Origin: Cyanophora paradoxa CCMP329
Taxonomy: Eukaryota > Plantae > Glaucophyta
Assembly: GCA_004431415.1 (NCBI GenBank)
Contig: QPMI01000254.1
Span: 33,540 to 97,539 of the forward strand
Reading direction: 5' to 3'
Length of the DNA stretch: 64,000 bases
Part shown: positions 9,911-23,400 of the stretch, one piece after another
How the letters are laid out: every line of letters starts with the position of its first letter
Numbering within the stretch: the first letter of the stretch is position 1
Position numbers and translations under genes: made by a program
The notes under the pieces: generated by a model
What the model was told of the DNA's origin: nothing
Database searches by the model: none
What the model saw: only the letters and a program-made list of their open reading frames with translations

Positions 9911-12651
9911 CTAGGCTAGGCGAGGGGCGGCGGGGCGGGCTCGGCGTCGAGCATTACGGTGTCGGGCGCCTCGGGGGGCCCCCGGGCGGCGGCCCCGGGG
10001 TTCTCGGGCGGGGAGAGGGAGCCCATGCTGGGGCTGACGCTCGCCGAGGCGGGCCCGCTGGCGCTGGAGTTGTAGGAGGAGGTGAGGACCTGGGCCGAGG
10101 CGGGGCGCGCCATCGCGATGGAGCGGGAGTGGAAGGAGAGCGACTCCAGCTCCTGCAGGCCCGCCGAGGTCGGCGAGTCCGGCGCCGCCGCCCCGCCCCC
10201 GCCCCTGCCCCCGCCCCCCCCCGCCGCCGCTGCCGTAGAAGTGGAGCGGGGGCGTGGGGCAGCTCTCCGCGCTCCCCACGCTGTCGCGCCGCTCCCGCCG
10301 GATGCCCTCGATCAGGCGCGAGGTCGCGGAGCGGGCCCCGGCCTCGCGCTTCGCCCGGGGCGGCCGCTCCCGCTCCGGCGTGGCGGCGCCGAGGTTGGCG
10401 AGGCCGGCCGTCTCCGTGGCCGAGGCGACGCGGCGGACGGTGGAGACGGCGGCGGCCTGGCGGGCGGGTCGGGAGGCGCGGGGCGCGCGGGCCCACCGCC
10501 CGGGGAACTCGAACCGCACCTCGGGCAGCATGGGGACCTCGAAGGGCGAGTCGGTGCAGAGGCGCGGCCGCTGGGCGCGCACGCCGTCCGCCGAGGCCGG
10601 CAGCAGGGAGACGAGGGGCGGCACGGGGGCCATGACGGGCGTCGCCGCCTCGTCGGCGAACTGGATGCGGAAGAGGTTGTGCACGCGCGACTCGTCGAGG
10701 AGCAGCTGGTCGCGCTCGCGGTGGACGAGGAAGACGGAGAGGGGGTGCGTGAAGAGGTCGGTGGTCGGCTGGAGGGCGGCCCCGGCCTCGGCGTAGAGCA
10801 TGTGGCCGTGGTAGCTGGGCAGGCGCGTGATCTCCTGGAGGCCCCGGATGCGCTGCACGAGGCCGCCGCGCGACACGCTGCAGAAGACGTGGAAGACGTG
10901 CGCCCGCGGCTTGAAGGAGGCCGGCAGCTTCGGCTCGCGCCCCTCGAAGACGTCGAGGGCGGCGAGGAAGGGGTCCCAGCTCGTCACGAAGGCGGCGAGG
11001 GCCGGCTTGTAGCCCCCCGAGAAGCGCGCCGCGACCTCGAGCATCACGGGCTCGCCGGCCTCGGAGACCTTGCACTCGAGGTGGCACGGCCCGACCCGCA
11101 TCCCCACCGCCCCCGCCACCGCCCGCCCGTACTCCGCCAGCCGCCCGAACCGCTCCCCGTCCGTGCAGTCGCACAGCTCCGCCCGCTGGTACACCGGCAC
11201 CCCCTGCGCCCCGGCCCGCTCAGCGCGCGCCGCCCGGGGCGCCCCGGGCCTGGAACCCTCGCACCGCGTCCTCCCGCTTCGTGTACCGCCTGCGGGGGAG
11301 CGGTCAAACCGGGAGGAAGGGCCGGGGCGAGGAGAGGGCGGCGGCGCACCAGATGTCGGTGACGTGCGTGCCGTGGTCGGGCGTGCACATCATGTTCACC
11401 TGTCAGCGTCCGGTCAGCGTCCGGTCAGCCGGCGCACGCGCCCGGAGGGGCCGCCGGCCCCGCAGGGGGAGCGCACCGCGAACTCGGTCCCCGGGAGGTA
11501 CTCCTCGACGAGGGCGTAGGGGGCCCGCCGCTTGAACCAGTCCGGCGTGTTGAGCACGTTCCCCACCGCCGACTCCACCTCCGCCCGCGAGCGGCATATT
11601 TTAACCTGCGGCGGCCTCCTCAGCGGGGCGGGGGACTCGGCGCCGGGCCGGAGAGCCGGTCACCTGGACGGTGCCGGCGCCGGCGGGGGTCTTGACGACG
11701 ATGGGCCAGCGGTCCTCGTGCTTCGCCAGGGCCGCAGCCACGTCCAGCTGCGACCTGCATACCGAGAAGCGCTGCGCCCGCGCGCCCGCCCGCCCGCGTC
11801 AGCGCCCCGACTGCTCGCGTCGGTCACGGCGCGCGCGCGCGCACCGCGCAGCGGAGGCCAGCGGCCATCGCGGCGACTTTCATCGCGAGTTTATTCCTTC
11901 GCGCCCGGAACTGATGGAGCGTGTTGTGGGGCAGCCCCAGCGTCGCGGCGATCTGGCGCGCGGATCAAATTGCGTTTCTGGAGCGCCACGGCGCGCTTCG
12001 CGCGGGCCGGGTTGACGAGCGAACCAGGTCACAAGTGTCCTGTCCCGCGTCGTTGTCAATGGACGCGCATCCGACGTAGCGGATGTTTTCGGTGATTGCG
12101 AGCGCCTGCAGCTGGTCGACGGCCAGCGCCACGCTCGTCGCCCCCAGAACGTGACTGAATCTCGGCTCCCACGTTTTGAACCACTGCAACACCGCATCGA
12201 TGTCCAGCGGCCCCTCTTGCCCCCACTGTTGAATCGCCCAGCGCGTGTCAGCTCCTGATGCGCGCCCGCGCGCAGGGAGAGTGCCGCAGAACAGATTAGC
12301 ACGCACGTGGCTCTCAAGACGATGCAGGATCAAGGCGACTGCGATGTCCCCTCGCGCCACACATCGCGCAATCAATTCAGGGTCTTGAGAGAGAGGGTCC
12401 AGGAAGATAAAGGCCCGCCTCGTGCCGTCCCCAGTCTCTTGTCTGACTCCAACTGAATGCTCGGCGCCGCCTGGCGGGGCCGAACGGAGCGTCAATAACG
12501 CCCGGCGCGAGCGGTGCGCGCGGGGGACCGCCGTCGTCAGCCCCGCACGCCGGAGCCATTGAACGACTAGATCCGTCGAGTACGTGCGTATACACGCACC
12601 CGCGACCGGGACCACTCCGACGTCCATGGGCGGGCCGACTCCACTTTCCAT
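9911..12651 (-). CDS. ATP-grasp domain protein (L-amino acid ligase/carboxylate-amine ligase-like) with a low-complexity C-terminal tail
   Basis: Spliced motifs AFIFLDPLSQ, ARRNKLAMK, VKTPAGAGT, VEEYLPGTEF, VTDIW and GPCHLECKVSEAGEPVMLEVAARFSGG. Start codon approximate. Confidence 0.8.
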
Positions 12652-13016
12652 GCGCGCCGATGCGCGCGCCGCTCGCCGACACCGGCCGGGCCAGTGTGCT
12701 GTCACCTCCCTATGATGCTGCGCAGCTAGGACACCCAGCTAACTCCTCCGGCCACATGCTTGGCTCGGTCCGCACTGCAAACCAGCGCGCGAGGCCTGTA
12801 CCCCTCTAGAGTTCTGACCCCCTGACGGGGCTACCGATTTCCAGCCACATTTGTCTCCAGGTCCGCGCCACCAACGTCCTCGACCGTCTCGCCGCTGCTG
12901 ACGGCGGGCGGTTTTTTCCTGCGCAGTCCTCAACACTCCACAACCACCGACGTGAGCGCCCGCCCGCCCGCGATGGTTTTTTGAACCGCGGATGGCCGCC
13001 TCCCGCCATCCCCTAG

Positions 13017-14738
<1,722 letters not shown>

Positions 14739-15014
14739 GCGTCTTGCTAGCGTCTCTTTGGGTTAGCCGTGTGCTGGCCCGCCCTGTCGGATGTGGACCA
14801 CGGGTAGTACGGTCGTTGCGCGTGAATGTCTCAATCAGAAGGAACCTGCACCCTATCCTGTCTCGTTGCAGTGGTTCGGGCGCCGGGCGGGGCGGGTTGG
14901 GTCTTTGCATGCGGATAGCAACCGGAAGCTGTTTTAGCCTCAACAGAAGCTGTGTGGACAACGCAGCGATCGAATGTTGGGCGCGAGCGTCGGGCGGTGA
15001 GATTGCGGCTAGTC

Positions 15015-15108
15015 CGAGCACAGCACACGCTGCATTAACAGCATGCGCAGGGAAGAAGACTGCGAGCACAGCACACGCTGCATTAACAGCATGCGCAGGG
15101 AAGAAGAC
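15015..15108 (+). repeat. Tandem duplication with a 48-bp period
   Basis: CGAGCACAGCACACGCTGCATTAACAGCATGCGCAGGGAAGAAGAC occurs at 15015 and 15063. Confidence 0.95.
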
Positions 15109-15284
15109 GTACTGCGAGAGAGATTAATTTTAGTGAGGGGGGGGGGAGGGGGGATTTGGGGGGCGGAGTCGATCTCTGGGTACGTATACAATCGGCAGTA
15201 CTTTCCAGAAGACTCACGTGCAGCGCTGCTGCCTCGCCCAAGCACAATTGCAAGCGAGCACCGCGGCCCAGTCCGCGCGCCAAA

Positions 15285-17433
15285 ATGAAGATATACGCGC
15301 ACTTCGAGCACGACGGCTTCCGCTGTGTCGTTCCCGTTCGCTTACCGCCGGATTCGGAAGCCATGCCCGTCTCCTCGTTCCTCTCGGTACGCTACGGCTC
15401 AACAATATCCGCTGATTTGCTATGCGCGGCGGGCTGGCTGACAGGACGTATGCAGATGGCGGCCGACAAGCTTAGGCCGAAGATCGTCCCTCTTGGCTTG
15501 GGGGTTCCGACAGATCGCCTGGTCGCACACGTGTCGAAGGGCTCCAAGTACGCAGAGACTGCAGCGCCCGCGCGCCGTCAGTCGCTTGCTTGCTGAACCT
15601 TCGCGGACCTTCCACCGCATGCGCAGACTCGTACAGCTTCGTCCCTCGGCAAGGCTGCGCTCTCTGAACATCGAGGATGGATGTGATGTATATCTAACGA
15701 TTGGTGTGATATCTCCGATCACTGCCCGCCGCGTGATCCGAGCATGGAAGCTGATGGAACGTTCGGTCCCCAGGCGGTCCCTCCTCCGCGGTCCGCGGTC
15801 GCGCCGACTCGGCGAGCGAGCCCGCGGAGGCATCGCCATTCGACAGCATCGATGACCCGGTCTTGACCCTGATTGCCGCGCAACTCTCTGAGGAGACGAA
15901 GGCGCGCCTGTCCCGCACATCCCGGCGCTTCCGTAGCGTGTTCCTCTCCAACCTCGCTGGTAAGACCGGTGGATGCGCGAGGCCCAGTCACGCGCGCTGA
16001 CGCCGTCGCAGGCTGGCGCACTGCCCGCATCTCGGTGGCCGATACGGTACCCTCGCCGCGCGGCCGCGCGAAGGGCGCGCGCGCGGCGTCGGCCTCGCGG
16101 GCGCACGTGCTGTCGACGGCGGCGGCGGCGAAGCTGCTACGGGAGCGCTTCGAGGCGATGGAGGAGCTGCAGATCCGCCTGCCCTCCGGGAGCCCCGGGG
16201 CGGACCTCGCCGCCGTCCTCGCGGCGGCGAACCCGGGCCTGGAGCGCCTCTCCGTCGTCCTGCCCGAGGGCGCCGCCCGCCCCGACGCCGCGCTCCTCGA
16301 GGCGGCGGCGCTCGCCCCGGGGCCCCGCCCGCCTGCGCGGCCTGCGCCTCGCCGGCGTCTCGGGCGACCTGCTCGCCGACGGCGTCGCGGCGCGGGCGGC
16401 GGCGGGGGCGCCGGCGGCGGCGGAGACGCTGGAGGAGATCGACGCCGACGTCTCGGAGGCCGCCTCGCTCGTCGCCCTCGCCGCCGCCTTCCCCCGCCTC
16501 CGCTTCCTCTCCCGCCTCCACTGCGCCGACCGCCCGCTCCTCGCCGTCGCCGCCGCGCTCCCGATCGCCGTGCGGCACCTCTCCGTGCGGTTCCCGCTGG
16601 AGGGCCCGTGCCCCGAGTTCGCCGCCGTCGCCGCGCGGGGCCTGCAGTCGCTGAAGCTCAACTTCGACCGGGAGGGCGCGCAGGCGCGGGCCTTCGCCGC
16701 GCTGGCCGCCTCGGGCGCCCTCGCCAACCTCCGCCTCCTCGTCCTCTCCGGCGCGTGGGACGCCGCCAGCGCCCGCCTCGCCGCCCGCCTCCCGCGCCTC
16801 GAGCACCTCCGCCTGGAGGACTCGGACCGGCCCGGGGCCGGCCTCAACGCCCCGCGCGAGCTGCTGGAGGCCCTCGCCGGGGCCTCGCCCTCGCTGCGGC
16901 ACCTCTCGGCGCAGCCGTCGCGGGCGATGAGCGACCGCTTGCGGGAGGGGGCGCGGCGCCTCCTCCCGTCCCTCCGCGCCGTCCTCGCCGACGAGGCGCC
17001 CCTCTTCGTCTTCCCCGACGCCGTCGCCGCCGCCCGCGCCGCCCTCGAGGCGGAGGGCCAGCCGGCCCCGCGGGGGCGACGAGGCCTTCCTCTACGCCGG
17101 GCCCTCGCCTGGCAGCACACCGACCCCGCCGCCGTCGCGCTGCAGGCGGCCGCCGAGCGGGCGCGCGGGCGGCCGCGGGAGGAGGCGCTGCGGGAGGCCA
17201 AGGCCCTCCTCCGCCCCTCCGTCCTCGTCGTGGACGTCCAGTTCGTCATGGCGCTCCCGGAGCCGGCCCCCGCCGCCCCCGCCCCGCAGGCCCCGCCCGC
17301 CGACGAGCACAAGCCCCCGGCAGCCGAGCCCGAGGCCCCCGCCCCCGCCGAGGCGGCGGCGGCAGGCCCCGCCCCCTACCGCCCCGACTTCCCGATCCCC
17401 TGCGACCACCCCGCCGACCCCATGGAGCTCTGA
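15285..17433 (+). CDS. F-box/LRR-like protein with a possible N-terminal ubiquitin-like domain
   Basis: F-box-like SPFDSIDDPVLTLIAAQLSEETKARLSRTSRRFR and LRR-like LxxLxL repeats (LQSLKLNF, LRLLVLSG, LEHLRLED). The N-terminus MKIYAHF...LRSLNIEDGCDVYL resembles a beta-grasp fold. One apparent frameshift near 16325. Confidence 0.65.
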
Positions 17434-17686
17434 GGCGAGCTGAGCGGCTCCCCTCCCGAGCCCGACGGGGGCGGCTGTAAGCTACGCCTGTAACATATCC
17501 TTTCCACTGTCAACATGGAGGCTACCTAAACTTTTGCCTTTTGGGTTCATCATGCTAGTTCTAGATCTGTAGGGTAGCTGTAGACTGTAGGTTCATCATG
17601 TCACAGCGTGCCGCGCCACTAGCGGCCACTCATTGAACTTCTGATCAAGCTACTGGTTCGCGTCGTTCGCTGCGCGCTAGCTCTAG

Positions 17687-20056
17687 CTAGCGGTCGGCGG
17701 GGGCGGCATTGGCGGCGGCGGCGGCGTCGGGGTCGAAGGAGCCATCGGCGGGCGCGCCGGGGGGCGGGAGGACGAAGGTGGGGACCGTCGAGATCGTCTC
17801 CAGGCAGCGCCCTGGCCCGCCCCCCGGCCCGGTCGGCGCGGGCGGGCCGGGGCCGGCGGGGCGCAACGCGGGGCGGACCTCCCGGGGGGTGGAGGTAGTC
17901 GCACTTGGGGCAGAGGTACGTCTCGATGAACTCGTCCCGCTCGTCGGGGCCCAGCTGGCAGCGGCTGCACGTGCACGTGAAGTAGAAGCGGCTCTGCAGG
18001 TGCCGCTGCCGCTGCTCCACCGACACCGCCTGCGCCGCCCGGCCTCAGCGCGGAGGAGGCGGCGGCGGAGGAGAGAGGAGCGGGAGGGAGGGGGCGGGCC
18101 GAGTCGGTGTAGCAGAAGGCGAGCTCGGTGCCCTTGGGCTGGGGCATGAGCATGCGGAACTCGAGGACGCGGTTGCGAAGCGCCGGCATCACCGCCGGCT
18201 CCGGCTCCGTCCGGTACATCTGCAGCGGCCGCCGTCGGTCGAGGGCCGGGCCGCCGGCGGCGCGGGGGCGGACGGTGGCGGCGCAGGAGTGGTTGAAGAA
18301 GGAGGCGTGGGGGAAGATGCCGACGCCCTGCGCGCGTGAGCCCGGGCCGGCGGGTCGCGCGGGCGGGCGGGCGGGCGGGCGGGGCGCACGACGGCCTCGT
18401 AGCTGGCGTCCCACATGGCGAAGCTGTTCGTGAAGAAGCTGCAGTAGCTGCCCCCCGCGCCGCTCCCGTCGGCGCCGGGCGGGCGCCGGGGCGGGCGGCG
18501 CGCACTCGTTGATGAGCTCGTTCTCGTCGACGTCCTCGAAGAGCTCGGGCATCACCAGCCTGCGCCCCGCAGCCGCCCGTCTCGCCCCGCTCCCCCCGAC
18601 CGGGCGGGCGGGCGCACTTGCACTTGTTGACGAGGACGCGGGCGTCCCGGATCTCGTCCTTCGAGTACTGCCCGGGCCCCCGGCGCTCCCTTAGGCGCGG
18701 CCGGCCGCGCGCGGCGGGGCGCCGCGGGCTGCGGCGCATGCGCACGTGCTCCCGGTGGGTCATGAGGACGATGATCGACTCGTACGACATCGCCTCCTCG
18801 ATCTGCAGCGCCGCGCGCCTCGGCGCCCGGCGCGGGGCGGGGCGGGGCGGGGCGGGCGGACGCGGCGGCAGCGGAGGGCGTCGCGGTCGCGGGCCTCCCG
18901 GACGGCCTCCCCGTGCGCCGCGCTCCCCGCCGCCATCACCGGCGACTTCGCCCCCTCGCCCCCGCCGCCTCCTTCGCCGCCCGCTCCGCGTCGTGCGCCC
19001 GCGTCGCCTCCCCCGCCGCCCGCGCCGCCGCCGCCGCCGCCGCCTCCGCCGCCTCAATCTGCTTCTCCAGCTCCTGCACGTGGCCCGCCGCCGCGTCCGC
19101 CGCCGCGTCCGCCGTCGTCCGCGCCTCCGCCGTGCCGCCCGCCCCCGCGTCGCCGGCGCCGGCGCCGGCGCCGAGGGAGACCTTGCCGAGGGCGTCGGCG
19201 GCGGCGCCGACGTCCGCCGCCTCGCCCTCCGCCTCGTCCGACGCGATCTCGGCCTCCGCCCGCCGCCTTCGCAGGTCCCGCGCCCGCCGCACCATCAGCT
19301 GGATCAGGATGCGCGCCACCGTGCTGCCCCGCCCCGCGTCGGCCGGCGTCGCCCCGCGCTGCGGTGGGGTGCGCGGCGCGCACTTCTCGTCGTGGTCGTG
19401 GAAGATGTCCCGCCGCTCGAACATCTGGCTGAGTGCGTTGCACTCCTCGCCCGCGTGGTACCTGCCACCGCCCGGCGCTCGACGCAGCCGGCAGGGCGGC
19501 TGGGGCCGGTAGGGAGCGCGCACCACTTGGCGTACTCCATGCAGTCGGGCGTGCAGTAGTAGACGGCCCTGCAGTCGGGGCAGCAGCCTGCGCGGGCGGG
19601 CCCCTCAGCGCGGCGCGCGGTCGGGCGCGCCGGCCGCGCTCGCTCACCGGGGAGCGGGTCCTCGAGGTTGCTGGAGAAGCAGTGGGCGCAGACGCGCTTC
19701 ACGACGCTGTCCTCGGGTACGACGGTGAACGGATAAGCGTGGAAAACGACCTTGTGTCCCCTGGTCAGTGCAGATCACGTGGAAAGCGCGGCACAGCTAG
19801 CCATGACAGTCGCGCAGCGGGTCGGTCGCGGGGTAAGGACGGCCGCGGCTGGCGCGAAGCTAGTGGCTCGCGCACCTCATCAGTGACGGCGTCTCTCGAG
19901 AGCACGGCAAATCGGCCTTGTGTGGGCGTGCCTACGCGAGAAACGCTCGGGGTCGCATACGCGCCAGCGCAGGCAGTAGAAGCGAGTAGAAAGACACGCA
20001 CTCGCGATATCTACAGGCCATCCCGAGTGCTTGATGAAGTCGAGCGTCTGCTCCAT
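17687..20056 (-). CDS. SET and MYND domain (SMYD-type) lysine methyltransferase
   Basis: QGRFAVLSRD (SET N-terminus), MYND CAHC...CPDCRAVYYCTPDC, GIFPHASFFNHSC, ELAFCY and post-SET RQRHLQSRFYFTCTCSRC. Confidence 0.9.
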
Positions 20057-20422
20057 CGGACGATGCGTCGCGTACCGCCCGGCGGCGATTATGCTCTCTC
20101 TATCAGCTGCGCTGCAATCCGCTCGGCTCGCGATGTTGCAGGCACGCTGGATTTCGAAGACGACCTCTCGGCTTGGGTACGCTGTTTTCCAGAACGAGAC
20201 CTTGCCGCACAAATCGTTCTAGCGCCTGGATTCCATCGGAGGAGGTGTCTCCAAAGAGCGCACAGCGAGGTCAGCGACTCCGCTGCAGCGGCCCGGCGTA
20301 GCTAGCTTCTCCGTCGAATCAGTGCTTTCGGGCGGCGGCGGCACCGCGCGTCCAGCTCGCTCGCTAGCCTTTAGCTAGCCTTCGTAAAGAGGCGTTAGCC
20401 GCGAGCTTGGCCACCAGCTCGC

Positions 20423-23400
20423 ATGGCTGCGGTCGTGGAGCGCCATGGCGAGGGGCACGGAGCGCTGTTGGACCGCATGCATGGCGAGAACGAGCGCAAC
20501 AAGCCCAGCATTCAACCGCACGGCCTGCTCTTCGTGCTACGGGAGCAGGACCGCGACCTGATCATCGAAAACGTCTCTGAGAACGTGACCCAAATCACGG
20601 GCTGGCGCCTGCAGGACCTGCTGGGGAGCCCCATCGACGTGCTTCTGGACAAGCTCTCCACGAAGCACCTCAAGGAGACCGTCGCGTTCAACGAGCTGAG
20701 CCAGCCCATCGAACTCCGCCTGGCGACGTACAAGGCCTCCGGCAAGTCCGCGTCGGGCGGCTCCCCCTCCCCCGCAGCGCGCTCCTGGAACGGGTGCGCG
20801 CGCCGTCCCCGCCGCCGCCCGGCGGCCCGGCCTGAGGCGAGGCGCAGCGTGCTGCACCGGACGAGCTGCGGCCTCATCCTGGAGGCGGAGGAGAACACGC
20901 CGACGCTCTTCGCGCGCGGCGCGGACCGCACGAAGAAGATCGCGCTCTTCGGTGCGGCGGCCGCCCCGCCGCGCCGCGCGGCGGCGGGGCGGGAGCTCGA
21001 AGCGAGCGGGCGGGGCGGGGGCGGCAGGGCGGCTGCAGAGCACGTCGAGCCAGGCGGAGTTCTGCGGGGAGCTGGCGGCGGCGATCGCGGAGATGACGGG
21101 GTACGAGCGCGTGTGCATGTACAAGTTCGTGGAGGACTTCAACGGGAAGGTGCTCGCGGAGGTGCGCGCGCGCGAGAGCATCGAGTCCTTCGAGGGGATG
21201 TTCTTCCCCTCCACGGACATCCCCGAGTCCACCCGCGCCCTCTACATGATCCACCGCATCCGCATGTACGTCGACGCCACCGCCGGTCCGCCCCCTCGCC
21301 CCGCCCCGCCCCGCCCCGCATTGGTTGTTGCCCCGTGCCGAGCGGGGGCGGGGGCGCAGAGCCGGTGGAGGTGACGCCGGCGGTGAACCCGACGGCGCGG
21401 CTCCCCGTGGACCTCAACCACAGCATCCTCCGCTCCATGCGCTCCTGCCACAGTCCGCCCCCCGCCCCGCCCCGCCCTGCACGCCCCCCGCCCCGCCCCC
21501 GCCGACGCCGACGCCCCGCGCAGTCCAGTACATGAAGGCGAGCCCGCGGCTCGCGGCGCGGCGCGCGGGGTGCAGGGCGGGGCGGGCGGAGCTGACGGGG
21601 CCGGGCGGGGCGCAGAACATGGGCGTGCGGGCCTCCCTCACCATCTCCCTCGTCGTCGAGAACAAGCTCTGGGGCCTCATGTCCGCCCCGCCACGCCCCG
21701 CCCTGCCCACCGCGCCCCGGGCGCCGAGACGTGGCGCAGCTGCTGCCACCAGCTCTCGGGCCCGAAGTACATCACGTACGAGGACCGGGCGGCGATCCGC
21801 GACGTGGTCGACTTCGCGTCGGTGCTGCTGAGCCACAAGGCGGAGACGGACCGGCGGGAGCGCTACCTCCAGACGCGGGCGCTCCTCGAGGAGATGGCGT
21901 CCTCCGTCCCCGCCGAGGAGCGCAACGTGGCGCAGGCCGTCCTCGACGCCCGCCCCTCGCTCTTCGACATCATCCCCTGCGGGGGCCTCACCGTGGCGGT
22001 CGCCTCCGGGGCGCACGTCTCGCACGGGCGCGTCCCCTCGGAGCCCGAGGTGCAGCAGCTGGCGCGGTACATCCGGGCGCGGCCGCAGGACCGCGTGTGG
22101 AGCACGATCTCGATGTCCCGCGTGATGGAGTCGGCGGCGGCGATGAAGGAGACGGCGTGCGGCGTGCTGGCCGTCCCCGTGGGCCTGGGGCCCCTCGAGT
22201 CGGTGATGTGGTACCGCCCCGAGCTCGAGTACGACGTCGTCTGGGCCGGCTCGCTGAAGGAGGCGGCCAAGAAGGGGTCCGACGGGAAGGACTACGGGCC
22301 CCGCAAGTCCTTCGCCAAGTTCAAGGAGAGCGTCAAGATGACGTGCGAGCCGTGGGAGGGCCACGAGAAGGACGCGGCCCTCGCCGTCCGCAACTTCCTC
22401 GTCGCCCTCTACTTCCGCGGCCTCCCCGACGCCGGCATGAGCGCCGAGCAGCGCCGCGCCTTCGAGACCGCCGGCTACCCGCTCGTCCTCATGGACCCCC
22501 TCTCGGGGATGCTCGACTGCAACCCGCGCTTCTGCCGGGCCCTGGGCCTCGGCAAGAGCGACCTCGTCGGGCAGCAGTTCGGGGCCCGCCTGGCGCAGGA
22601 GGAGTTCCGGCGGCGCGTGCAGGAGGCCTTCGCGGAGGTCCTCTCCACCGGCGAGGCGGCGGACGTGGAGCTGCGGGTGCAGGGCGGGGACGGGCGCTCC
22701 CTCGAGTGCCTCCTCTTCCTCGCCCCGCTGCGCGCCGCCGCCGGGGGCATCGCCCAGGTCATCGGCGTCGCCCAGATCGCCGCCGTCCTCGAGTCCGCCT
22801 TCTCCCTCCACGCCGCCGCCTCCACCTACGCCCCGGGCGCCGAGGCCGCCGGCGACATCCAGCGCGCCGCCACCGCGGGGAGCGCCCCCGGCGGCGCGGC
22901 GGGGGCGGGGGCGGGGGAGGAGGGGGAGCGGGGGGCGAACATGGCGGCGGCGATCGAGGCGAAGCGGCGGTTCCTGACGAAGCTGGGGGCGGAGCTGGAG
23001 CAGCGGGAGAACGCGAGCCGGCAGAGCAGCACGGGGGCCCTCTTCGGGCCCTACGCCCCCACCGCCCCCGAGAGCCCCCTCGCCAGCCGCTCGCCGCGCC
23101 CGCCGCCACGGGGAACCTGCTCGCGACGACGCGGCGCGGCTCGCCCGAGAAGCGCGGCGCCGCCGCCGTCCACGCCGAGTCCGTCAACCAGTGCGCCCCG
23201 AACCGCCCGCCCCGCCCGCCCGCCCGCCCCGCCTCCCTGCGCTGAGGCGGCGGGGCGCGCAGGTACGTGTCGAACGCGTTCTTCTCGGGGACGTGTCGCT
23301 GGAGGAGCCGAAGCCCGAGGCGGCGCTGAGCCGCCGCTCCAGCGCCCGCCGCTCCGCCCGGGACGCCCCCGCCGCGGGGCGCCCCGGAGCCGGCCCCGAG

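Noticed and set aside
16310-16335. Apparent frameshifts (also ~8630, ~23095, ~35025) as programmed recoding or pseudogenisation
   Set aside because: All fall in G/C homopolymer runs with no slippery-site or stimulator pattern; assembly indels are more likely, and reads are needed to confirm.
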